A stretch of DNA of 64,000 nt from Octopus vulgaris (taxonomy: Eukaryota): contig OX597822.1 in assembly GCA_951406725.2 (NCBI GenBank), positions 34,224,001-34,288,000 on the forward strand, given 5' to 3'. The notes beneath the pieces are model-generated. The model was given only the letters and a program-made list of their open reading frames with translations, was not told the DNA's origin and searched no databases. The position numbers were made by a program, and so were the translations under genes. Positions 13,400-24,520 of this stretch are shown piece by piece; positions within the stretch are counted from its first letter, which is position 1, and each line of letters opens with the position of its first letter.

Positions 13400-13845
13400 G
13401 TGCCAAATTTGACACACAGACTTTAGTGATCTCCAGCCAGAGGACAAGAAAACTTTTTAAAAAATTGCTCTGGAATGTGCTTCATTCTCTGACCACTAAA
13501 CCACAGCAAATTAGTACCTCTGACACTGTGGAATGCTTCCCGCCTTTTCTCTCCTCTGCAGCAGCAACACATGTTTACAATGGTCCCACTTCCTATCATT
13601 GCTACATAAAAATGTGAGTAGTACCACATGTTTTACCTACATTTTCTTGTATTGACTAAACTAACATTGCAATATTTGTATGTTGTTAGAATGTGTTATC
13701 ATTTTGCTATAGCATCACTTCAAAGTCCATGTGCCTAATTTGGCACTATAAGCATAAGTGGAAACTGCATAAGGAGAAAATGCAAAACATGCGAGGAAAG
13801 CCTCACCCTTGGGGTGTCAAGCTCTGGGCTAGATCAGATGTATAA
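13400..13845 (+). pseudogene. piggyBac-type transposase remnant
   Basis: VISSQRTRKLFKKLLWNVLH resembles MSRNRF..L..LHF, and MRGKPHPWGVKLWARS from 13789 resembles the piggyBac KPxxWGxK motif. Confidence 0.7.
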
Positions 13846-13849
13846 CTTT

Positions 13850-14488
13850 GATCCTGTATAACTTTGATTCTTCCACTGCACTTGGGACGAATTCTGAAGT
13901 TTTTACTCCACTCTAAACGCTTTGCAACGTTTGTTTTGAAAGTAGTGGTTTTCTGATTGCAGCCCTCCCGTGAAATCCGGCTTTGTGCAGCTCCCGGCGA
14001 ATAGTTTTTGTGGAAGCTGGGTTCTCGAGGTAGTCATTAAGCTCTGCAGTAATTTTGGGAGCAGTACATTTGTTATCCTTTCTAAAGATTCGCGTAAGAG
14101 TCCAACGGTCCCTATCTGAAAGTTTTGTTTTCTTCCGGAGTTTTGTTTCGATGAGGAGGTTCTTCCCTCTTTCTCAAAGGCTGTCATTACTTTCGAGACA
14201 GTACTTCTTGATACACCAAACATTTTGGCTGTTTTCGTTATGCTAGCGCCTGCAATACGAGCACTAACAACTTGACCTCTTTGAAAGTCCGACAGATCTA
14301 TCATTTTAATGAATTTGAATTACCTTTTTCTGATGATATCTGAAAAGAAACAGCAACTTTAGCAAAACATTAAGCAACACTAATAATAAATAAAAAAACA
14401 TAAAAATAAACAAGCTTTTGACGGTTTTATAGATATTTCAAAATTATGATGCCATGATGCTAGGTATTTCCATTATCTTGTCCAGCCC

Positions 14489-14491
<3 letters not shown>
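13850..14491 (-). mobile_element. Tc1-like DNA transposon, 5' part (TIR plus frameshifted transposase N-terminus at 13903-14304)
   Basis: MIDLSDFQRGQVVSARIAGASITKTAKMFGVSRSTVSKVM...SGRK is a Tc1-type HTH region. TIR-like end TA|CATGGGCTGGACAAGATAATGGAAATACC at 14491. The other end is missing. Confidence 0.85.
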
Positions 14492-14525
<34 letters not shown>

Positions 14526-15676
14526 ATTTTTTCAGTAGAATGGGCTTAAAAATCGTTTTTGATGACGATATGACGAAGGCCAACTTTTTAGATATTACGC
14601 TTAACTTACACTGTGACTCTTACTTCCCATATCGTAAACCGTTGACCAATCTTAAGTACATTAGCAAATTTAGTAATCATCCTGGAGCAATTACTAAAAA
14701 CTTAGTTAAGAATATTTCATTTAGATTATCTAAATTATTTGCTAATGTTGATATTTTCAATAATAACGCTGAATTCTACATTAATTCTGCTCAGTCTAAT
14801 TGTAAATTCAATAATGTAGATAAGATTTCTAGTCGTAAAAAAATTATTGATAACAAACATAACTTACGCACCGATACAAAGCGAATGAAGGCAGATAACC
14901 CTTATTTAATCCCCTATTATCGATCTAAAAGTAAATATAACACCTTCAAAAGTAATTACGCTATGAATACTAGTAAAAATATTTGGATAATAATTCCTTA
15001 CGGGAGACAAATTAAATCTAATCTTCCACTGCTGTTTCGTCAAGCTATTGCTAGGAATTTTCCTAACAATTCTAGATATTACTCTATTATCAATTCACAT
15101 AAGGTTAGGATAGGTTTTTCAAACACAAAAAATCTCTTGCAAATTATCTCTTCACATAATAACAAACTGTTAAATATTAATACATTTACTAATACTAACT
15201 TTAATTTAGCTAATACCATCCAACCCTCTAGAAATATTAATAACAAGGTTATTGTATCTGAAGTCAATTCCAATAGAATTAAGTTTATGTCAAGTAACTC
15301 TAAGATTAAAAATTCTATATACCAGTGTATAATCAGTACTCGTAATAAAGTACGATTTTACATTGGAAGCACATCGTTAGAGTTATCTAAAAGAATTTCT
15401 ATCCATTACTCAACATTTAGGAGTAGAAATAAACGTAATAGTACCGGTCTCAGAAAACTGATTTGGGATTTAAAAGACCACAATGAACAATTTCATTTAG
15501 AATGGTTGATTCTCTCAAATTCGATACCATATGACAAAGGCAAGGAATTCTGTCTTTTCTGCAATTCTGAGCTATTTTTCATTATTTTTTCTAAAAATAC
15601 TCTAGTAAACACGGTTATAGAGCGAGCATACAGATGTAAGCATTGGCAAAAACATACATTTAGTGCATATAAGTAG
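14489..15676 (+). CDS. 5'-truncated Penelope-like retroelement ORF: RT C-terminus/thumb plus GIY-YIG endonuclease
   Basis: NFLDITLNL...YFPYRKP...YISKFSNHP...RLSKL (PLE RT thumb), NSIYQC...FYIGST...KRISIH (GIY-YIG), C-terminal CLFCNSE...CKH. The annotated ATG lies in the flanking Tc1 end/(TA)n, so real element sequence starts at about 14521 and the RT catalytic core is absent. Confidence 0.9.
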
Positions 15677-16165
15677 TCTCTATCATTATATATAATTTAA
15701 ACTTTAATTTCCTTTATATTTAACATTCACTATTGGTATCCCTACTCTTTCTGTTAGCTACTTATGACATATCATATAAGGTTTTTTTAAACAATATTAA
15801 TAGCGTTCTGTCTATCGCTATACAAATCCATCATTTTTTGCTAAAATGTCTTATTGACGAGTTTCGCTTTTTTCACTTTCCTGAGGAGAAGATTGCATTG
15901 TTTATACCATTTTTTCTTTTGAATAGTATCAGTGGAATTTTCGAAACATGTGTCGAAAGTAAAAAATATTTGATTACACCTGCGTTAAACTCCATATATT
16001 TATTCATATATTGTTCAAAATATTCCACGTAAACACGAAGTTTCTACCTTTATAAACAAGGAGTTACAACATCTTTACTTGTGGGATTTTTGCTACCCTG
16101 GTAACTATTTATTTGTTTTTTCCGTGTTAATTATTAACAAAGTAAAAATACACTCATCTATTTAT
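15677..16165 (+). mobile_element. 3' UTR / pseudo-LTR of the Penelope-like element
   Basis: AT-rich sequence between the ORF stop and the next (TA)n run. Contains the HHR at 15875-15960, as established for PLE pLTRs. Confidence 0.7.
15875..15960 (+). ncRNA. Type I hammerhead ribozyme in PLE 3' end
   Basis: ACTTTC-CTGAGGA-GAAGATT.CATTG...CAGTG.AATTTTC-GAA-ACATGTGT-C-GAAAGT. Predicted cut after 15954. Confidence 0.88.
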
Positions 16166-16189
16166 ATAAATATATATATATACATACTA

Positions 16190-16497
16190 CAACTACCGGC
16201 ACTCCGTCAATTACAACGACGAAGGTTCCTGTTGATTCGATCAACGGACTAGACTGCTCGTGCAATTAATGTGCAAGTGGCTGATTACTCCACAGATACG
16301 TGTACCCTTCTCAGGGATATTCAGTGTGACACAGAATGTGACAAGGCTAGCCCTTTGAATTACAGGTACTACTCATTTTTGCCAACTAGGTGGACTGGAG
16401 CAATGTGAAATAAAGTGTCTTGCTCAAGTGTCATCGCGCCGTCGGGAATTGAACTCCTGACCCTGCGATTGTGAGCCGAATCCTCTAACCACTGGCT
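16190..16497 (-). mobile_element. tRNA-head SINE (family A-related), diverged
   Basis: Tail matches the CGTAACCGACGGAGTG end of 21893-22285 and 58450-58825. Confidence 0.7.
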
Positions 16498-16534
16498 TCC
16501 CCACAATTTCCTTCTACTAAATTCTTTACTACTA

Positions 16535-17275
16535 TACCTATTTCTTTACTACCACAAGGGGCTAAACACAGAGGGGACAAACAAGGATAGACAGACGGAT
16601 TTAGTTGATTATATCAACCCCAGTGCGTAACTGGTACTTAATTTATCGACTCCGAAAGGATGAAAGGCAAAATCGACTTCGGCGGAATTTGAACTCAGAC
16701 GAAATACCGCTTAGCATTTCGCCCAGCGTGCTAACGTTTCTGCCAGCTCACCGCCTTTTCCAAGTTGCAATACCTATTTCTTTACTACTCACAACGGGCT
16801 AAACATAGAGGGGACAAACAAGGACAGACAAACGGATTAAGTCGATTATATCATCCCCAATGCGTAACTGGTACTTAATTTATCGACCCCGAAAGGATGA
16901 AAGGCAAAGTCGTCCTTGGCGGAATTTGAACTCAGAATGTAACGGCAGACGAAATACCGCTAAGCATTTCGTCCGGCGTGCTAACGTTTCTGCCAGCTCG
17001 CCGCCTTTTCCAAGTTGCAATACCTATTTCTTTATTACCCACAAGGGGCTAAACACAGAGGGGACAAACAAGGACAGACATAGGTATTAAGTCGATTACA
17101 TCGACCCCAGTGCGTAACTGGTACTTAATTTATCGACCCCGAAAGGATGAAAGGCAAAGTCGACCTCGGCGGAATTTGAAGTCAGAACGTAACGGCAGAC
17201 GAAATACCGCTAAGCATTTCGCCCGGCGTGCTAACGTTTCTGCCAGCTCGCCGCCTTTTCCAAGTTGCAATACCG
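16535..17275 (-). mobile_element. Three head-to-tail family B SINE copies (~250-bp period)
   Basis: Head GGCGG(C/T)GAGCTGGCAGAAACGTTAGCACG on -. The identical spacer TTTTCCAAGTTGCAATAC follows each copy. Confidence 0.85.
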
Positions 17276-17449
17276 TGGGTCTAAACATCTAAACATGAAA
17301 TCTCGTGGTTACGAGGCGAACTTGTGAACCATCCGACCACGTCCGCGCACATTAATGTAACTTTTATGTTTATTCAAATACGCATAGAGAACAAAGCACT
17401 CATCGAACGTTTGGTTTCAAACTCTGAAAGTCTTTGTTAACGTTATCAA

Positions 17450-18150
17450 AATATCTATTCTGCAATTTGTAATTTCTTTCTATTACCTTTCAAATCTGAA
17501 TATGAATGTACTGTAAATAAAGCATTCTTGTAAAGCACATCAAGTAATACAGTAACCTTTTAAGACCACAATTGATGTATTAACATAACTAATTAAACTA
17601 GGAAAGTTCTTTAATTTAGTTCTATTCTTATCGACTACATAATACAAGATTGTATTATTCTATTGAAATTCATATTTCATTTAGCTCCACGTTTAATCAT
17701 GGCGTAATCCTAGATCTGATTGATTCTGAATGGCACCCACCTAAATTCCATACAATAACTTAATGTCGTTATTCTTACCTTTATTTATGTTCTAATTAAT
17801 AAGACGAAAATTTAATTCTTCTTGTATAGACCCTTCTAATTACGACTTAATAATAAACTATTGTAATCTAGACATTAAAACAAAATTCTAGTAAGCTCAA
17901 ATCACATCCTCACTATGTATAAAAATCTAGAAACTTTGAAATTTATTATAATTACAAAATTCAGCAGTAATATTTATACAACAATGAAGAAAGCTGCTAA
18001 TTAATTAGTTGGGAGTATGTAACTTTTATAAAAAGAAAGCAATTATTAAAGTCTACTCTAACTAGAAAATTCTCAAAAATTCAAATTTTAATATTTTAAA
18101 ATCAAACTGAGGTTTTCAAAATTCCTTTATTATTGAGACTTCAGTTACAG
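17450..18150 (-). pseudogene. Possible highly decayed PLE GIY-YIG region
   Basis: Fragmentary minus-strand translation VGAIQNQ/IRSRIT and YCIT*CALQECFIY, in the same order as the PLE YIG...R..H and CxxC motifs. Many disruptions. Confidence 0.35.
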
Positions 18151-18530
18151 AAAACTAAATCTAATTCACTGCGAGATAGCGTTTTTTAACACATCAAGGT
18201 AGTTAGGGACCCCTTTGTATCTTTTCTCCCTCTCAATCTCATATACTTCATTGTGCTACTTCACACGCGATATAAATAAAAACATTTTCCCAAATTATAT
18301 GGTTAATCCAGCGTCCGTCGCGTTACATTATTTCCAGTATCATTTCATATTTATTGAGTTGGACTCCACGACTGTATCAACTAATATCTCAGACCAAAGC
18401 CAGAACATTTTCGAATGTATAGCTTATTAATATAGAGAGACTATTTTGAATTTTCTTAAATTTTCGGCTGTTTTCGTAAATCTCCGACAGATTCGAAAAT
18501 TGTGGAAACGTCAGCATATATAAAAGCCTG

Positions 18531-18571
<41 letters not shown>

Positions 18572-18647
18572 TTACTACTACTACTACTACTACGCCTAAT
18601 TGAAACTAATAACGGAGGAAAATTTCTCTTCGAACAATGTCATATTT

Positions 18648-18742
18648 ATACACACTGAAGAAATCATGCTAATAATATAAATTGCAGCATATAAATATTC
18701 AACAATGTGCAATTAATGCGATCGAAACACGTGTCGGACAAT
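18648..18742 (+). ncRNA. Degenerate type I hammerhead
   Basis: CTGAAGA-AATC...GATC-GAA-ACACGTGT-C. Core and palindromic stem III are intact, but stem I and the first stem II pair are broken. Confidence 0.5.
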
Positions 18743-19016
18743 TATTATGAATAAACCAACTGTAAATAAACATAACGCTTGAATGTTCAAATTTTTCATT
18801 CTCCTTGTTATCAATATAGTATTTTACACTCTAAGCAGCCAGGAAAAAACTGTAACATCGGATGGGAGTTAAAGGAAATTTACCGGAAAACGCACCATCT
18901 GCAGCCTTGGCATTTTCCATAGAGAAATTTGGTATCTGCCTGGATATTATATCTCTCCTCTTACTACACACACACACACACATGCACACACACACACACA
19001 TGCATAGGTTCATCAG

Positions 19017-19434
19017 CAGGGTGCGATGTGTAAATTGTCGCCATTTTATATTATTAATTTTGTGCATGCGCATTGTTTGATTTTGATTTTGTCGACTACA
19101 CAGTATAGTAAGGTCAGTTGGGCACCGTCTCTCAGAAATTTGGAAACGATATGCTGTACTGTTTGTTATTTTCGCCAGAATCTCTAATACGAACATTTCC
19201 CAATGTTTGGGTAGCGTTCACCAACTTAAACAAGGAAACCGTCCAGAAGAGCTGTAGGAGATTCCGAAGTCGTATGAAGATCGTGGTTGAAGCCAATGGC
19301 AGTTATATTGAATAAATTTACTCTTTAGTATTTCAAGATATCTTTTCTGTAATTTTGGTAAATATATCTGTTAAAATGAGATATTAGTGTTATTTTCTTT
19401 TTTGCGTAATTTAGACGACAGTTTATTCTTCGCA

Positions 19435-19437
<3 letters not shown>
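19017..19437 (+). mobile_element. Internally deleted Tc1/mariner-superfamily element
   Basis: Imperfect TIRs GGTGCGA...TAAATTGTCG / CGACAGTTTA...TCGCACC. Transposase C-terminus AFTNLNKETVQKSCRRFRSRMKIVVEANGSYIE*. Confidence 0.75.
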
Positions 19438-19492
<55 letters not shown>

Positions 19493-19690
19493 TAAATATA
19501 AGGGTAGCAAAAAATTCTAGAAAAAATTCTCCGCTACCAGCGGTCCAGCGAGGAAGAAGAATATACATTCAAAAATATAAGGAATGACCATAATAGGACA
19601 TTCGACTCACTAGAAAGAGCAGCCAAACTCAAACCGCTAATAGTTGTAATTCTGAAATTGAAAGAGAAATAAAAACGTTTACCCCTTTCA

Positions 19691-19785
19691 TCTCTGGACT
19701 ATGCATAGTTTCGGCAAACTTTGGTAAACAAATTAATTAAATTGAATTAAATATATTTACAACTGGCGTGCCTCGTCAGCAGAGA
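19691..19785 (-). ncRNA. Type I hammerhead ribozyme (470-bp unit)
   Basis: TCTCTG-CTGACGA-GGCA...TGCC-GAA-ACTATGCATAGT-C-CAGAGA. Canonical core and a 12-nt palindromic stem III. Confidence 0.9.
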
Positions 19786-20326
19786 AGCCAAGGACGAGTA
19801 TATATCTACGAGGCGATGGTAAGGAAGCCTCCAGTCTATATGCTATAAATTTTCAAAATCTACCGCAATCGCGCGGTCTTCTCAGCAGTAAATATAAACT
19901 GCTGATTTAATTTCAAAATTAGTCAAAAAATCATTAATTAATAAATATAAGGGTAGCAAAAAATTCTAGAAAAAATTCTCCGCAACCAGCGGTCCAGCGA
20001 GAAAGAAAAGCGAGTTTGGCTGCTCTTTCTAGTGAGTCGAATGTCCTATTATGGCCATTCCTTATATTTTTGAATGTATATTATATAGTCTTTGACTATC
20101 TTTTCTTTCTCGCTGGCCCGCTGGTAGCGGAGAATTTTTTCTAGAATTTTTTGCTACCCTTATATTTATTAATTAATGATTTTTTTTGACTAATTTTGAA
20201 ATTAAATCAGCAGTTCATATTAGCTGCTGAGAAGACCGCGCGATTGCGGTAGATTTTGAAAATTTATAGCATATAGACTGGAGGCTTCCTTACCATCGCC
20301 TCGTAGATATATACTCGTCCTTGGCT

Positions 20327-20421
20327 TCTCTGCTGACGAGGCACGCGAGTTGTAAATAAATTTAATTTAATTTAATTAATTTGTTTACCAAAGTTTGCCG
20401 AAACTATGCATAGTCCAGAAA
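20327..20421 (+). ncRNA. Type I hammerhead ribozyme (470-bp unit, right arm)
   Basis: TCTCTG-CTGACGA-GGCA...TGCC-GAA-ACTATGCATAGT-C-CAGAAA, with one distal stem I mismatch. Predicted cut after 20415. Confidence 0.87.
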
Positions 20422-20550
20422 TGAAAGGGGTAAACGTTTTTATTTCTCTTTCAATTTCAGAATTACAACTATTAGCGGTTTGAGTTTGGCTGCTCTTTCT
20501 AGTGAGTCGAATGTCCTATTATGGCCATTCCTTATATTTTTGAATATATA

Positions 20551-20629
<79 letters not shown>

Positions 20630-21109
20630 GCCAAGAAGACGGAATGGACAGCCTTTAATTATAAAACACAACTGTTTCTGTGCCGTGGTAACAGCTATTA
20701 ATTGGTGAGTGCTCCATATAATACTATTATATTGCTCTTTCCTTCTTCATATACACTTTCTCCTGCATTCATGTATGAAGCTCACTTGGTCAGGCGTCCC
20801 TTATCATTTGAACATAGTTTTTTTTTTAACTTAAAGAATCTAAAATTCTACTGTCTCTCATTTATGTTCCTGCTTTCAACTATTTCCCCGAAGACTGTCT
20901 GTGCCCAAAATGCTGCATTTTCCTCTCCGTAAGGCAAGTTCATTGTACTCTTTTTAAATCAATTTCACTAGCATGTATATGAGGGAATGTCTTCCACTAA
21001 TAGAAAATAAGTCAACGCTGAATACGAAGTAGTGTTTATGTAAGTGGATTTATTCATAATCTTAAAGCATGACTATGATTAAATCAACAAAGCAAGTAGT
21101 CGCTATATA

Positions 21110-21515
21110 TTCTTTTATCATTTTGTTTCATTTGACTGTGGCCATGCTGGAGTACCACCTTTAGTCGAACAAATCGACCCCAGAACTTATTCTTTGTATG
21201 CCTAGTACTTATTGTATCGGTCTCTTTTGCCGAACTGTTAAGTTACGGGGACGTAAACACACCAGCATCGGTTGTCAAGCGATGGTGGTGGTGGGTGGAC
21301 AAACAAACACATACAAGCATATACAGGCTCACACAGACAGACACACATATACACACATACACACATATATATGTGACGGGCTTCTTCTAGTTTCCGTCTA
21401 CCAAATCCACTCACAAGGCTTTGGTCGGCCCGAAGCTATAGCAAAAGACAATTGCCCAAGGTGCCTCGCAGTGGGACCGAACCCGGAACCATGTGGTTGG
21501 TAAGCAAGCTACTTC
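21110..21515 (-). mobile_element. Family C SINE with internal microsatellite
   Basis: Two conserved modules flanking a (CA)/(TA) tract, as in 29325-29920. Confidence 0.8.
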
Positions 21516-21892
21516 AGAGAAGAATATATATGTGTGAGTATGTATGCAAATCTACACACACACACATGCGGAGACACAAGACACGAATCACTGAATTGAT
21601 GAGCTGCAATAGAAGATCGTTGATCCCGGAAAAGCTGCTACGTTTTTCGATCCGATCAATGACCTGTTATTCATATCTGCTTCACATTAATGCTTATAAT
21701 GCCTTGTTTAATGTTTGTTTTATTGACTTTTTTTTAATGATATTTTACAGCAACAAAATAAACTACTTCACCGATCTAACACTCCAAAAACACTAAAGAA
21801 AAGTCGTTCAACTAATATTCATTATTCTGGATCTCTAAAATAAATAGAACGTAATAAATTTGCGCGAATAATTGTTGTAATATTTTAGATTT

Positions 21893-22285
21893 GTGTGGAG
21901 GCGCAATGGCCCAGTGGTTAGGGCAGCGGACTCGCGGTCATAGGATCGCGGTTTCGATACCCAGACCGGGCGTTGTGAGTGTTTATTGAACGAAAACACC
22001 TAAAAGCTCCACGAGGCTCCGGCAGGGGATGGTGATGATCCCTGCTGTACTCTTTCACCACAACTTTCTCTCTGTCTTACTTCCTGTTTCTGTTGTACCT
22101 GTATTTCAAGGGGCCGGCCTTGTCACTCTCTGTGTCACGCTGAATATCCCCGAGAACTACGTTAAGGGTGCACGTGTCTATGGAGTGCTCAGCCACTTAC
22201 ACGTTAATTTCACGAGCAGGCTGTTCCGTTGATTCGGATCAACCGGAACCCTCATCATCGTAACCGACGGAGTGCTTCCACCACA
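21893..22285 (+). mobile_element. Near full-length tRNA-head SINE (family A), followed by a family B copy at about 22300-22500
   Basis: TGTGGAGGCGCAATGGCCCAGTGGTTAGGGCAGCGGACTCGCGG...GGTTTCGA has pol III A/B-box-like motifs. Multiple dispersed copies. Confidence 0.85.
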
Positions 22286-22860
22286 TTTTAGACTTGTATG
22301 GTGGCGAGGTGGCAGAAACGTTAGCACGCCGGGCTATTTCATCTGTCTTTATGTTCTGAGTTCAAATACCGCCGAAGTCGACTTTGCCTTTCATCCTTTC
22401 GGGGTCGATAAATTAAGTACCAGTTGCTTACTGGGGTCGATCTAGTCGACTGGCCCCCTCCCCCAAAATTTCGGGCCTTGTGCTTAGAGTAGAAAAGAAT
22501 ATTTTACAGTTGTGGGACCCATATTTGGTACACTTGAACCAGCAAAGTAGTTGCAAAGTATATACGTGTGCCGTTATCTGTGCATGTCTATAATACATTA
22601 TTATCATGGCTGCCCCCTCGTTATCGAGTATGGCCATTGCACGAAGCTTAACTGTTACTGGTGCTGTGATCGAATGTGACTTTTTAGCCCAGCTAAAGAT
22701 CTACAATGTCTTGTACAAAATTGGCAACTAAAACCTTTACTGGTAATAGCCAGCTGTAGTTGTAATTGGGCTTCATGTACCTTTGCATGTCGTTTAAGTC
22801 CTCCTGCCGAATATTACACTCTCTTCCACATGTATCTCTCTCTCTCTCTCTCTCTAAATG

Positions 22861-22898
<38 letters not shown>

Positions 22899-22920
22899 AA
22901 CATATATATATATATATGAT

Positions 22921-23030
22921 ATATGACAATTAGTTGGTTGTCATAATAATTGATAGATCCCGGAGCAGACTTCAGCCCCGGTAACCGAAACTCTGAGTTT
23001 TATTATGAGAACCAACTGATTGTCACATAT
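22921..23030 (+). other. Long hairpin enclosing a degenerate hammerhead-like core
   Basis: ~29-bp stem TGACAATTAGTTGGTTGTCATAATAA / TTATTATGAGAACCAACTGATTGTCA enclosing TTGATAG...CCGG...CCGG...CC-GAA-ACTCTGAGT-T. Lies between (TA)n tracts. Confidence 0.55.
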
Positions 23031-23140
23031 TATATTTATAGATAAACTCCTCTATTTTACATAATATCGAGGTCTCATTCTTTTGCTGTCATTTTATTAT
23101 TGTTATTATGATTGTTATTATTATTATTATTATCATTATT

Positions 23141-23171
<31 letters not shown>

Positions 23172-23191
23172 TTTTTATTATTATTATTATA

Positions 23192-23246
<55 letters not shown>

Positions 23247-23431
23247 AGGATCGGCTGGAAAGATCATAGGTTGACCAAGACACTCTCATGAAATTATGTG
23301 ACCAAATGAGTTTTATCTTTCAACATAGCAACTCCATCCCTTGGAGTTTACACACTTCTCTTTCATCGGCGTTACACTACTGTATAGTCTTTTAAAACAT
23401 GTTTTAGGGTACCATAGCCGACTCATGTTTT

Positions 23432-23915
23432 CTTCTTCTTCTTCTTCGAATCAGGACTCTCGCCATTAGAACGTACTCTAAGCTACTAAGAATGCGTGTG
23501 GCAACTTGAAGATACACCCACCACACGCGACAGACTAGCGGTTATACGGGCGCGAAAGCTACGTTGTTATCCTCATTCCGTAAACGCTGGCTTTTAACGG
23601 GTGGAGAGATGAACCATCCTGGAGGCACAGAGTATTCGCAATCTAGACTAGGGCCTGAAAGTTTACCACACCATAGTGGGTTACACCATGCTTCCTCTGC
23701 TTTGTGGCAGAAGTAAGAAGAAAGAGCGAGAGAAAGTTGTGGTGAAAGAGTACAGCGTGGTTCATCCCACCACCACCACCACCACCGCCGGAGCCTCGTG
23801 GAGCTTAGGTGTTTTTGCTCTATAAACACTCACAATGTCTGGTCTGGGAATCGAAACCACGTTCTTACGACCGCGAGTCCGCTGCCCTAACCACTGGGCC
23901 ATTGCGCCTCCACAC
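23432..23915 (-). mobile_element. Family A SINE with a long alternative tail ending in (GAA)n; second copy at about 62454-62925
   Basis: The two copies align over ~450 bp (ATCAGGACTC...GCGCGAAAGCTACGTTGTTATCC...GGAGCCT(C/A)GTGGAGCTTAGG). Confidence 0.82.
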
Positions 23916-24261
23916 ATGTTGCTGTTCACCGAGATGTATCCAGGTGTCAGTGGCTTGTCTGGTATTTCTTGTAGGGAATTTGTCCAGACACCGTTTGAAT
24001 ATTATGGATTTTTTTTCTTAATTTCTTTAGGAATATTGCTTTAGTTGAGGTAAAAAAAAAATCACTTGTGTTGTATTGTTGTTTTTTGGTGACAGTTCGA
24101 TTTTTGTAAGGGATATATAACTTTGAATGCAAGCCTTGAATAATTTTTTTAAGCATTACAATTTACCTTTTTTAAAGAATTGAGAATATTGCATGGCAAA
24201 TTGCAACCAAAACTGTATCTCAAAGTTTAGTAGTTTGTTAACCAATCGTTTACAAGACACA

Positions 24262-24520
24262 TGTGAAGGCGCGTGGCTTAGTGGTTAGGGTGTCAACACC
24301 ATGGTCGTAAGATTGTGGTTTCGATTCCTGTACTGGGCGTCGCGTTGTGCTCTTGAGGAAAACACTTCGTTTCACGTTGCTCAAGTCCACTCAGCTGGCA
24401 AAAATGAGTACTGCTGCGATGGACTGGCGTCCCGTTCAGCTGGGAAACACGTACGCCATAGAAACGGGGGAAACCGGGGCCATGAGCCTAGCTAGGCTTT
24501 AAAAAGGGCGCATTTATTAT
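24262..24520 (+). mobile_element. tRNA-head SINE variant; reverse copy at about 55435-55685
   Basis: GAAGGCGCGTGGCTTAGTGGTTAGGGTGTCA head, with tail CATGAGCCT(A/G)GCTAGGCTTTAAAAAGGGCG shared by both copies. Confidence 0.8.

Larger units (their letters stand above)
19489..20548. mobile_element. ~470-bp-unit HHR element as an inverted pair (19489-20010 ribozyme-sense minus; 20011-20548 plus), each arm slightly longer than one unit
   Basis: ATAAATATAAGGGTAGC at about 19492 and 19941, GAGTTTGGCTGC at 20012 and 20482. The arms are reverse complements. (TA)n on both flanks. Confidence 0.9.

Noticed and set aside
15733-16032. 99-aa hydrophobic ORF downstream of the PLE ORF
   Set aside because: T-rich pLTR sequence overlapping the ribozyme, non-ATG start, and no family motif.
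21893-21975. tRNA gene
   Set aside because: The tRNA-like head runs into a dispersed SINE body, and there is no complete cloverleaf or terminator.
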